A DNA stretch of 64,000 nt from positions 69,564,001-69,628,000 of the forward strand of contig NC_043008.1 in NCBI RefSeq assembly GCF_006345805.1, in the 5' to 3' direction. This stretch comes from Octopus sinensis (lineage: Eukaryota). The notes below the pieces were generated by a model that did not search any database, was not told where the DNA came from, and was given only the letters and a program-made list of their open reading frames with translations. Shown here piece after piece: positions 39,299-50,939 of this stretch (position 1 is its first letter; the number at the start of each line of letters is the position of its first letter). Made by a program: the position numbers and the translations under genes.

Positions 39299-39400
39299 AT
39301 ACTACTACTACTACTACTACCACCACCACCACCACCACCACCACCACCACCACCACCATCACTATCATCACCACCACTACTACTACTACTGCTGCTGCTG

Positions 39401-39431
<31 letters not shown>

Positions 39432-39569
39432 CACTACTACTACTATTACTACCACCACCGCCGCCGACACCACCACCGCCACCACTCACACCACCACAAC
39501 TACTATTAGTACCATCACCACCACCACCACCACTACTACTACAGACGACATCGATAATGATGGCGATGC

Positions 39570-39615
<46 letters not shown>

Positions 39616-39780
39616 GATGGCGATGATGATGATGATAGCAATGGCGTTGTTGATGATGATGACGATGACGACAACAATAGTGATAGTGGCTGTGATAATG
39701 GCAATAATGATAGCGATGACGATGATGAGGATGACGACGACGACAACGATAATGATGATTATGATGGCAATAATTTGTTA
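39223..39780. repeat. Compound (CTA)n/(CCA)n/(GAT)n microsatellite
   Basis: Pure trinucleotide runs; source of the poly-L/P/M ORFs. Confidence 0.95.
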
Positions 39781-39784
39781 GCAT

Positions 39785-40445
39785 GGTACAAGATGACGAA
39801 TCTATTACATAGGAAAGCTGTTGTGTATAGGTCTCACCTCCCGTTTTAACTGCTTCTATAGAAAGAGGCTCGCTGATAGTTCATTATGAACATGTAGTTG
39901 CCTTACAAATTCACAATGGTAAAATTCTATGAATGGATCTACAACTTTTGCATACAAAGAGACTACAAGAATGATACGTAATATACATGACATTATTCTC
40001 CATTTCAAAAATGACAAAAGAGTACTAATTATCGACACAGCAATACCAAATGATTGCAAATTTGCACAAAAGGGAGCCGAAAATCTTAAGGCATTTCACT
40101 AACTTCGTTTTTCAATTAAACACATTTTAGTAGGTAAAGAATGTATCATACCCGTACTTCGATTCGCTGAAATGATACATAAGCGTTTTGTGTAAAGATA
40201 TTGTAATATTATCTTTAAAGATGGACAAGTGCACGGTCGGGAAAATAGCAATATTAGGTTCTGCAAACATTGCTGGGTTTAAAGTGAAATTATCTCTAAG
40301 AATGGGCTTGGGCACGTTCAGGAAATAACAATATTAGGAACTGAAAACATTGCTAGGTTTAATGACAATGTAAAATTAATTCTGAAGATGGACATGGATA
40401 TGATCGAGAAAATAAAAACGTTAGGAGTTGAAAGCATTATTGAGC
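39785..40445 (+). mobile_element. Old Dong/R4-like RLE domain relic with a triplicated C-terminal segment
   Basis: HYEHVVALQIHNGKIL*MD, then IHDIILHFKNDKRVLIIDTAIPNDCKFAQKGAENLKAFH*L...IIPVL, then KIAILGSANI. Compare the Dong-type GKILWD, PDIIL...LIID.AIP.D and QK.A.LGTA.I motifs. Confidence 0.65.
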
Positions 40446-40676
40446 TTTTTGTCATGAAGCATTTTGTTAAACCATGGACATACTATTAAATCGTGAACGA
40501 CTCTACTAAGATTTCCCGAAAATGTAACAAAATCTCGCTTCAAGAGAGGAAATTCTAGATGTTTAGTTCTCTATTTTATCGACCCCGAAAGGAGTATGAA
40601 ATACAAACTTGACCTCAAAACGTTGCCCTAAAGCATTTTTATTCCCGAGGCTGAAATGATTCTGCCAGGTCGGTGC

Positions 40677-41226
40677 CTGAGCATATCCCTTAGTGGCTGA
40701 CGATGTGTGCATCTCTGATCACGAGCAGAAGCAGTGGAAGAGCATCGTCTTGTCTTGGTATAAAAGATGGGCTACAGCAAATATTCTGCTCAATACCACA
40801 GATTTGTTTGTCAGTTGTTTGACCTTAATCAGTTGAGCATGTCTCTTAGTGGCTGACGATATGTGCATCTCTGATTACGAGCAGAAGTAGTAGGGGAGCA
40901 TCATGAACATGTGCTGAAAGGGATTCTTTGGGGTTTGAATAATTCTCCTCTGGAAACATGGGTTTTCGTTCAACATCCTTAAACAATCCTTATTCAGGGA
41001 CCTTTTGAGCAGGATGGGTTACTCGACCAGAAGAAAATTCTAACTGGGCCCCACCTGCAAGGTCATGCGCTGTTTATCTTGATATGAGATCACCAAGTCG
41101 CGCACATATGGTTGTGATGCATGTGCCTAGTGTACCCTTATCAGACTGGTAGTCATGATGGGTATAACTGGGCTTCGTATATTTTACACCAGTGTCACTT
41201 TGATGGCATGCTCTGCTCTCTCACTC
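40677..41226. mobile_element. ~550-600-bp interspersed repeat abutting (TAA)n; copy 1 of 3
   Basis: Colinear with 62508-62960 (same orientation) and 60657-61105 (inverted). Ends CTCTCTCACTC-AATAATAAT. Confidence 0.85.
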
Positions 41227-41253
41227 AATAATAATAATAATAATAACAACAAC

Positions 41254-41287
<34 letters not shown>

Positions 41288-41984
41288 TAATAATAATAAT
41301 AATAATATAATGCTTTGTGCTATAGGCAAAAGGCCTGGAATTTTTTGTACTTATTTCATTAACCCCGAAAGGATAAAAGCAAAGTCGACCTCGCAGGAAT
41401 CTGAACTCAGAATGTAAAGAGTCGGAAGAAATACCGTAAAGCAATTTTTTTTTACCGAGTCTCTAATGATTCTGCCAGCTCACTGTCTTCCCTATAACGA
41501 TAATAGTAATGATGATGATGACGACGACGACGATGAAAATCTTTTATTTACTGCAATAATAATAACATTAATGATTGAGGCTCTTCGCGTCAAAGGGGCG
41601 TTGGTGTAAGTGAAGGTGGGGATTGAAAACAAACAATCGTTATAAAAGTAATAAGTGACTTGGGAATAGGACGCAGAGAATTACATCAGCAAATCTTTAT
41701 GACTTGCACATATACAGATTATAGATAAGAAAGAAAATAGCACCTCTTGATATTGCATACCACGTACGCAAGTACAGCAGTGTCCTACACTGATAACAGT
41801 GAGAAAATAGCGCTACCAGGAAGAAAATGCACATAAAACATAGAGGATTTTCTACATCGTCTTGATATATACATTGAGTTTCTTACGAGGGCTCAAACAA
41901 TCTGATGGCGTCAGTGGAAGACCAGAGAAAAGATTTATGGACACGCTTCACCCAGCGCTATTCTGTTCATATTAGAATAAGATT

Positions 41985-42205
41985 TAAGCGGCGAACTGGC
42001 AGAATCGTTAACACGCCGGGCGAAATGCTGAGCGGCATTTCGTCCCGTCTTTACGTTCTGAGTTCAAATTAAACTGTGGTCGACTTCGCTTTTCATCCTT
42101 TCGGGGTTGATGGAATAAGTACTTGTTCAGCACTAGGGGGTCGATCTAATCGGCCTATCCCTCACTCGAAATTGATGGCCTTGTGCCAAAACTTGAAAGC
42201 AAGCT
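41985..42205 (+). mobile_element. SINE family D, near full length
   Basis: GCGGCGAACTGGCAGAATCGTTAACACGCCGGGCGAAATGC...GAGTTCAAAT...GTGCCAAAACTTGAAA. Reverse copies at 40560-40677, 41320-41490, 50465-50650, 62095-62310 and 62961-63090. Confidence 0.85.
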
Positions 42206-42229
42206 AGGGTAGAATTTTTTGTTCATTGA

Positions 42230-42426
42230 TATTGCGTTGAAGAACAAACCATATTAGATGTGATATTTGAGAGGCTTCCGTCGCATAATGCAAGACAAAC
42301 ACTGCCCAACTGCAGTGATGTCATTGCCAGAGACACACAACATGGAACTGAGGACATTTCAAAGCTAATGAGGGACAGAGGTTTCCTGGTGCACCGTGAA
42401 ATGCATCTCGGTTGCGGCTGCATGTA
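42230..42426 (+). mobile_element. RTE-like LINE ORF2 C-terminal fragment
   Basis: EEQTILDVIFERLPSHNARQTLPNCSDVIARDTQHGTEDISKLMRDR resembles the RTE C-terminal I..DTG...EDL...M.DR motif. Confidence 0.5.
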
Positions 42427-42479
42427 AGAGGAGGCCTTTCAACACAAATCGTGCGAACAACACACGTGCGCGCATGCAC

Positions 42480-44260
42480 ACACACACACACACACACACA
42501 CACAACACACACATACACACATATACACGCACACACACACACACACACACACACGCACAAACACACACACACGCACACATGCACACACAAAACACGAAAC
42601 ACAGCATGTACTCAGAGGGAAAAGAGAGCTCTGCTCAAATAGCTTAGCTGAAAGTACACAATATTAAAAAGACTTCTGGGATAACAACAATAACAGTAAT
42701 AAGATTATGCACCAATGCAAATAATAAAGATAATGACGGTGATGATGATGATGATGATGAGGGGGGGGGGGCGGTGGAGATGGTAGTGGTGGTTGTGATG
42801 GTGGTTGACGATGATGATGATGATGATGATGAGGAGGAGGAGGAGGAGAAGAAGGAGAAGGTGGTGGTGGTGGTGGTGGCGGCGGTGGTGGTGGTGGTGG
42901 TGGTGGCAGCGGCGGTGGTGGTGGTGGTGGTGGTGGTGGTGATGGTGGTTAACGATGATGATGAGGATGATGATGATGATGATAAGGAGGAGGAGGAGGA
43001 GAAGGAGGAGGAGGTCGATGATGTTGATTAAGCAAACATCCTAAAATAACAACCTTAGCAAATCTCCGCCTGCGCTACAAGTATTCTTCAAAATCCTTTT
43101 ATTAACTTCATACAAGAGATAGATGCACGTGTTCTTTAAATGTGTTGGCGGAATTTCTTCACAAATTTTCGCGTGTAAAGTTACAGTTGATAATATGTCT
43201 AAGATCTCTGGGTTTTGATGGCATCAAGTTCTTTTGATGCCACCAAGTTTCTTTTTTTGTTTCCTTTACTGTCGTTCTGTTTGAGAATTCGCACACACAT
43301 ATGCACGTGTAATGTATATGTATGTATATGTGTATATTCATATGCGCACGTGCACATACACACACGCATGTATACACACACACACACCACACACACACAC
43401 ATACACACATATACACGCACACACACACACACACACACACACGCACAAACACACACACACGCACACATGCACACACAAAACACGAAACACAGCATGTACT
43501 CAGAGGGAAAAGAGAGCTCTGCTCAAATAGCTTAGCTGAAAGTACACAATATTAAAAAGACTTCTGGGATAACAACAATAACAGTAATAAGATTATGCAC
43601 CAATGCAAATAATAAAGATAATGACGGTGATGATGATGATGATGATGAGGGGGGGGGGGCGGTGGAGATGGTAGTGGTGGTTGTGATGGTGGTTGACGAT
43701 GATGATGATGATGATGAGGAGGAGGAGGAGGAGAGAAGAAGGAGAAGGTGGTGGTGGTGGTGGCGGCGGTGGTGGTGGTGGTGGCAGCGGCGGTGGTGGT
43801 GGTGGTGGTGGTGGTGATGGTGGTTAACGATGATGATGAGGATGATGATGATGATGATAAGGAGGAGGAGGAGGAGAAGGAGGAGGAGGTCGATGATGTT
43901 GATTAAGCAAACATCCTAAAATAACAACCCTTAGCAAATCTCCGCCTGCGCTACAAGTATTCTTCAAAATCCTTTTATTAACTTCATACAAGAGATAGAT
44001 GCACGTGTTCTTTAAATGTGTTGGCGGAATTTCTTCACAAATTTTCGCGTGTAAAGTTACAGTTGATAATATGTCTAAGATCTTCTGGGTTTTGATGGCA
44101 TCAAGTTCTTTTGATGCCACCAAGTTTCTTTTTTTGTTTCCTTTACTGTCGTTCTGTTTGAGAATTCGCACACACATATGCACGTGTAAATGTATATGTA
44201 TGTATATGTGTATATTCATATGCGCACGTGCACATACACACACGCATGTATACACACACA
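42480..44260. repeat. Tandem duplication of an ~880-bp unit (2 copies)
   Basis: ACAGCATGTA at 42601 and 43489; GAGAATTC at 43283 and 44160. Unique portions are identical apart from small indels. Confidence 0.95.
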
Positions 44261-44329
44261 CACACACATATATACTTATGCATATATACGTATATATATA
44301 TGTGTACATATATATATGCATATATATAT

Positions 44330-44366
<37 letters not shown>

Positions 44367-44874
44367 CCTATATGTATGTATGCATCATATATATCTAATA
44401 TATTATAACTCATATATAATATGCTTGCTACTTATGAATATACACACATATATCCACATGCATGTGCACATATATGTGTGTATGTGTGTGTGTGAGTATG
44501 TGTGTGTGTGTGTGTGTGTGAACCTATCGTGTCTATCCAACTGGCTTACATTTTTTTATCCAATTCCTCATACACACTCACACACACATACACATACACA
44601 CACACAAATATATATATATATATTATATATATATATATATATTATATATATATATATATGCACACACATGCACGCATAAAACTGTTTCATTATTTCATTG
44701 ATGCTTTGAAAATCGATAAAATGTGAACCTAATAATCACAATCTTTGTTATTTCTGAGTAAAATAAATTTTAGAACTTACTTCTTATTCTATAGCTTGAT
44801 ATCGTGTTCTTTACTTTTCTAGATTGTTTCCTCAGTTGTATATGTTCTTTCAATATACGCGTCTAAGCGAGTAT

Positions 44875-44930
<56 letters not shown>

Positions 44931-45656
44931 TCATATACATACGCACTCATATCTATATATGTACTTACACGAATGCATCGATAAATAAAGATACGCACAC
45001 ATACGTGCATATCATACATCTATGCATATCATACGTGCAATCTTATCCTAGAGCAAAGACCTTTATGCACTAGGATACTTTGAACGACATGTGCGTGTGT
45101 GTGTGTGTGTGTGTACATATATAATATATATATGTGTGTGTGGCGAGAGAGAGAGAGAGAGAGAGAGAGTGTGTGTGTGTGTGTGTATGTGTGAGTGAGA
45201 GACAGAGAGAGAAGGAGATTGGTGCAGAACAAAAGGTGGCATGTCAACGATAGAAATAAAAGTTACGTAGATTGATGACGTCATGGAAAAAGACAAATTG
45301 TGTTTTAGTGCTGTATTCTGTGAATCAGACAATCAATCGATTTGATCGATCAAGCTGGTGATCGATGTAGCATCGATCTAGCATCGATCCACCTTCGAAA
45401 CAAACAATCGGTCAATCAATCAATCAGTTTTTACCTATTTCAGTTCTATCGAACGATTTCCGTAAAGGGCCAATAGTTAGGGTTATTAGTCAAGAAGACG
45501 TTATGATCGTTTGTTTGTTTAATGGTTCTCGTAATGTAACTGTGTGGTGATGTTCATTCTCAGACATATCTGAGCCTCTTGGCCTGCGAACAACACTTAA
45601 GATGGCAATGAACACTGTAGAATTGAGAAATGTGTTCTTAGCGTTAATATAAGGTA

Positions 45657-45872
45657 TGAGGGGTACAGAAATGTTCTAGCTTTGGGTAAAAGAAAATACA
45701 GGAGTTTCAGTTAATTATGATTATACTGAACATATTCCCCTCTCAGATTCATACGTTTATTGCAGCGGTCCTTCAGGTTTTTTTAAGCCCTGTAAAGGAA
45801 CTCGGAATTTTGGGCCTCCAACCAGGCCTTTCGTGATACTCTTAAAGCTAGGATCTTTTCAGTACCCCCTCG
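45657..45872 (-). mobile_element. Tc1/mariner-derived MITE (internal-deletion derivative)
   Basis: TA flanks at 45655-56 and 45873-74. ~28-bp imperfect TIRs (TGAGGGGTACAGAAATGTTCTAGCTTT vs CGAGGGGGTACTGAAAAGATCCTAGCTTT). The minus strand keeps NLKDRCNKRMNLRGEYVQ, like the mariner C-terminal L..RW.KC....GEYVE. Confidence 0.85.
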
Positions 45873-45910
45873 TACATTCTCGTTCTGAGGCAACATCGGG
45901 ACTTCTACAT

Positions 45911-46220
45911 CAGGGGGTTCTCAACCGTTTCTTTTTTTTTTTTTTACCTATGGACTTCTTTGAAATACTATTTTATTCTAGTGGACTTCCAAAGCCATTC
46001 TATAAAATTAGTTTTATAGAAACTTTTTGCTTTTCACACTAACTTTTGTAGATTGAACTATGTAAAATGTTAGAGAAAGAAATTTGAATGTTTCTTGCAA
46101 TACAATGCAACGTGTACGTCTAGAGTAAAATTTTTCATGGGTCTTTGAAATACTTTTGTGGACCCCAAAATTCTTATATGAACTCTCAGGGGTTATAAGG
46201 AACCTAGTTGAGAACCACTG
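45911..46220. mobile_element. hAT (Buster/Charlie-type) MITE, 310 bp
   Basis: Termini CAGGGGGTTCTCAACC and AGTTGAGAACCACTG. 8-bp TSD TTCTACAT/CTCTACAT (7/8 match) with the central TA typical of Buster elements. Confidence 0.9.
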
Positions 46221-46505
46221 CTCTACATTATTATTAAAACTGCAAGAAATATATAATACCCTTAAATAATTCCCTGCCGTTTCTAAATGTAAGGAAATAT
46301 ATATTGAACAATTTAATCATAGATGTGCAAAAACTATACGAGAAGTGAACGATGAATGCTTCGAGTGAGTACAACTGACCTGGGGTTGAAGAACAACAGT
46401 AGTATTAACGTATCTAAATGACAGAGGAGCCACATAACTGTGGCTTCAGACTCGATTTAGTGACGCGGGGAGACTTTGAGACACTAGTATTAATTATATA
46501 TCCTC

Positions 46506-46538
46506 TTTCTGACGAAGAGCCATGTACGAAACATCAAA
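46506..46538 (+). ncRNA. Minimal hammerhead-like motif, degenerate, in a Penelope-like terminal repeat
   Basis: TTT-CTGACGA-A-GAGC cat GTAC-GAAA-C-AT-C-AAA. Confidence 0.5.
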
Positions 46539-46689
46539 CATCCCTCTTTTTTCCATCTTAAACTAAGCGTCAACCTAATGTATCCATTGTGTACGTCCTT
46601 TTAATTCTTGCTTTCGTTTTTTTTGTTTTTAGTTTTGATTTGTCTCTCTCTCACCCTCTCCCTCCCTCTCCACTCCTTCCTCCTTCTCC

Positions 46690-46726
<37 letters not shown>

Positions 46727-47167
46727 CATAATATTGTATTTATAATTGAAGTTACGAATTAGGAGCAGCTCTAGTAATGCAGACATTATTAGCCGCACAT
46801 ATATAGCGTGTGTGCGTTGTTTTCTACGCCAAATTTGCTGCAGGACATATATATATACATGTACTTTGCTTTATGGTGAAGAAAAGAGAGGAGTGCTCAA
46901 TACGTGAAGAGGGTATTGTTTGTTTTTTGTTGAAATTGAAACTGAAAGCTTGTTCCACGATTCAGGTTTCAGGCGAAACGTGTTTCGCCTGAAACCTGAA
47001 GTGATGTGAAATTCGAGTCTCGAGACAAACTGTCAGTTTGAGTTCCAATTATAAACTATAAATACACACACACACACACACGACACACACGCACACACAA
47101 ACACACACACACACAGATTCGCACACATATTTCAAAGCCTGAGCCAAACAGTTTTTGGCCAGTACAA

Positions 47168-47233
<66 letters not shown>

Positions 47234-47665
47234 GTATATGTATATATATGTGTGTGCATATGTATATATATATATATATATTCTTGTGCAAAACACAGCG
47301 TGATATACAAATATTGAAATAAACAAAAGGTTAGAAAGTTATTAGCTGTGAGAAGAACAGTATAAAAATGTAAATGCAATCGTTCCATGCTTCTGATGTG
47401 TGGGGGAAAAAAAAGCAACAAAAACAACGAAAGAAAGGGAAGGTACCGACTGATAGACCGTTTTATGATTTGTAGATCATCCCTCAGAGAAGACGTACCG
47501 AAAATCTTCCTCCTATCGGTAACATTGACAGTCGATTTATATGTAACAAGGTAACCAAGCAATCATCGTGTGAGCTGGTGTGTTTACTTGACATCCTCGT
47601 ATTTTAGATGGCTCATTATTAAGAAAACATTATAATGTACGTCTGTGTGTGTGTGTGTTTGTGTG

Positions 47666-47761
<96 letters not shown>

Positions 47762-47766
47762 CATAT

Positions 47767-47848
<82 letters not shown>

Positions 47849-48226
47849 AGAGAGATAGATACATACATACGTACGTACATGAGAGTAAACATGCATACTC
47901 TTTGGTGTATTATACATTAATAGCTATCTATCTCTTATCAGCATTATCGACATATGTTCTCATGCGTACAAAATACACACAAATACACACACATGCACGC
48001 GCGCACACACTCTCTTGCGCACAAATATTTATCCCTATGTACGCTTGTATATATATGTATATATATATACACATATACATACATAAATATATATATATAT
48101 ATACATACCTACATTTATATATATGTTTATATGTCTGTATGTGTACATATATCTATGTACATATGTGTATGTATGCACGCACACGCACACACACGTTCGC
48201 GTGCATGCACACATACACATATACGT

Positions 48227-48257
<31 letters not shown>

Positions 48258-48579
48258 CGTATGTATATATGTATATATCCGTACACACGCTTACGCGTTT
48301 GTGTACACGTGTGTGCGCTCATGTGTATTTTGTATGTGCATGTGAGAGAATATTCTTAGATATACGAGATGAAAGTGCACTCCAGCGTAATATGTAAAAA
48401 CAAGTGATGCAAGTGCATGTTGCAAACTGTGTAGTTTGTTGCAGCCACAATTCAACCTCATCAGAGCAGATGCAATGAAGTTAAATAAATCCATGTGTGG
48501 CTTATCATTTGCTTTTAACAGACGCGTAAAATTACTACTGAATCCATGTTCTCTGAACTCAATGTTTACAGAATGTTAT

Positions 48580-49200
48580 TAACCCATCCACTTACAGCTT
48601 CTGCAATCGTTCTCATAACCACCAACACCATCTCAATGTTCTTCTACTTCGCTTCCATCGTTTCGTCTGCAATTCTGTCGTAGATTTTATTGCTCTTCTA
48701 CAATTCCTCAATTACCATTCTATTTCCATTCTCACAAAATTATTCACCTGCTCTTTCACTATTCCTCTGACATCCTATTACCATTCTCACACCGTTCTTC
48801 AACTACTCTTGTACAATTCCTTTGATATTCTTGTGTCATTATTCTCTTATTTTTCTGCTATTCTCACCATTCTTCAACTGTTCCTTAGTATTCTTCCTGT
48901 CTTCGTTTATCATTGTCCAACTGCTTTTTCTAAATTTCATTCCTCTTCTAGTATTCTTTCTATGAGTCTCCAACTGTTATTCTGCTATCCTTTTGACAAT
49001 CTTCTAACATATGATGTTTGTACCATTCTTTTACTGGTATCCTACTGTTCATTTGCCATTTCTGTACAGTATTAATGTCCTTTTATCACTCTTTCCCATC
49101 CCTCTGTTTTTCTACCATTCTTTCACCATTCACCTACTTTATATTAGCTTTTATTCTGTCATATTTTTACCATTGTTTACCTTCCACCGCCTATGATTTC
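48580..49200. repeat. Pyrimidine-rich degenerate low-complexity tract (ACCATTCT-like motif)
   Basis: Recurrent CCATTCT/TATTCT motifs and strong strand asymmetry; no convincing ORF. Confidence 0.6.
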
Positions 49201-50021
49201 TTATTTCACAGGTAGTTTTCCGGTATCGATAACACCCTCCATATATTGGAGTCAAAAATTCTTTTAACAAAGATAAAGGTGTTGATGAGCCACAGTTTTA
49301 CGAAAGATAGGGTTTAAGTTTTGATTCTAATTCGGGTAATATCTATCCAGATATTACCCGAATATAATACACGGTGTATAGCTTGCCTCTATGAACTACT
49401 TTATTAGTTTAGAAATAGACGCTCTGTATTATATTCTGGTTCTTGGCATTTAAGATGGTATCAACAAGTGAATGTGCACTCTCCGAAGGAGGATATCAAC
49501 TTAAGTTTATGAAATCTCTTAACCATGTTCTTCATCATACATCAACATTTTTTCTGTTCTTCCATCATATATCGCATTAACATGTATTTTCATCCCTTGT
49601 CTTACTTAGCGTAACATCATTTTACTTATTCCATCTCGTATTAAAATCACTTCTCTTATCCAACATCAAGCCTCTCATTTATCACATAACATCATATTAA
49701 CACTATTTCTATTCTCGATCTCACGTGCCCACACTCATTTCATCATATTTCTTAGCATCACATTACATCACATTTTTTCTAATCTGTTCTGTAGGTCATA
49801 TCTGAATAACACAGTTTTAGCTTGTTTTTGGCGACAGTTGATATCTCTTTCTCGCTCTCACTTGCATCGTCGTCTGCAGATGCCGTCACGGAAAATAATG
49901 TTTGTTCTTAGTTTACTAACAATTAACGGCAATTAATAAGTGAAAGACTTAATTAGCGTTGCAGCTAACAATATGTATGGCACGAAGGAATGCAAACCGT
50001 TGTTTGTGAAATGAGAACGAG

Positions 50022-50101
<80 letters not shown>

Positions 50102-50130
50102 GGAGGAGGAGGAGGAGGAGGAGGAGGAGG

Positions 50131-50196
<66 letters not shown>

Positions 50197-50198
<2 letters not shown>

Positions 50199-50460
50199 GA
50201 ATATTGGAGCTGCTTTGAAAAACATATTAAGAATATTGGAGCTACTGTCAGGCTCGAAGTGAACCAGAAGACAGCATTGTTGGGTACAGCTCGCGTTCTA
50301 AGGAGAGTAATGCCTCTCTGATTCACAGGAGAAGGCACTATTTGAAACCTTTGGCGATTTGTTATTGTTGATTTCAAGTAAAGAACAACCGCAAATAGAA
50401 CAGCATGAATCAAAACAACAACAACAACAACAACAATAATAGTAATAATAATATTAATAA
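50197..50460 (+). mobile_element. Severely 5'-truncated Dong/R4-like 3' end embedded in (TAA)n
   Basis: KHIKNIGATVRLEVNQKTALLGTARVLRRVMPL* (TGA at 50319-50321), then a 3' UTR ending in (AAC)n(TAA)n. Pure (TAA)n lies immediately 5'. Confidence 0.8.
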
Positions 50461-50939
50461 TGTTTTCAAATTTTGACACAAAGCCAGCAGTTCTGGTGGC
50501 GGGACGTAAGTCGATATTACATCAGCCCCAGTGAGTAGCTGGTACTTGTTTAATCGATCCTGAAAGGGCCGAAAGGCAAAGTCAACCTGGGTGGAATTTG
50601 AACTCAGAACGTAATGACAGACGAAATGCTACTGTTTTGCTCGCGTGAATAACCGTTTGTTAAATAGGTACAATCCGAAACGTAAGGTAGAGAGGATTGT
50701 TGAGAAAATCGATCCCAGGAAGAGAAGCTCGATGTTTGGCTGCTACCTCTCGCAGCTGAAGTGACCACATAGAGACGAACCATTAGTTCAATTAAACTGT
50801 GTTGCAGTTGTTGTTTAGCCATAGACCAGCTCCAATGAAGCATACTTAAGATCTCATACATTCCAGCCGTGACCATCCCATCCCATCCCATCTTTCTGTA
50901 TATATAATAAAAAGGGGAAATTGTAGAATTTGTGGGAAG

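Noticed and set aside
41840-41950. GRPEKRFMDTL motif suggesting another RTE C-terminus
   Set aside because: Too short and too degenerate to call as a feature.
45560-45660. Apparent plus-strand exon MAMNTVELRNVFLALI with donor AAG|GTATGA
   Set aside because: There is an in-frame stop before the donor, and the donor overlaps the TA target and TIR of the mariner MITE.
47476-47550. Plus-strand exon candidate (43 or 75 nt) with AG/GT boundaries
   Set aside because: Two alternative donors and frames, no recognisable protein, and no way to choose without transcript data.
49275-49310. TTGATGAGCCACAGTTTTACGAAAG as a hammerhead
   Set aside because: C3 is mutated, helix II does not pair, and there is no helix I or III.
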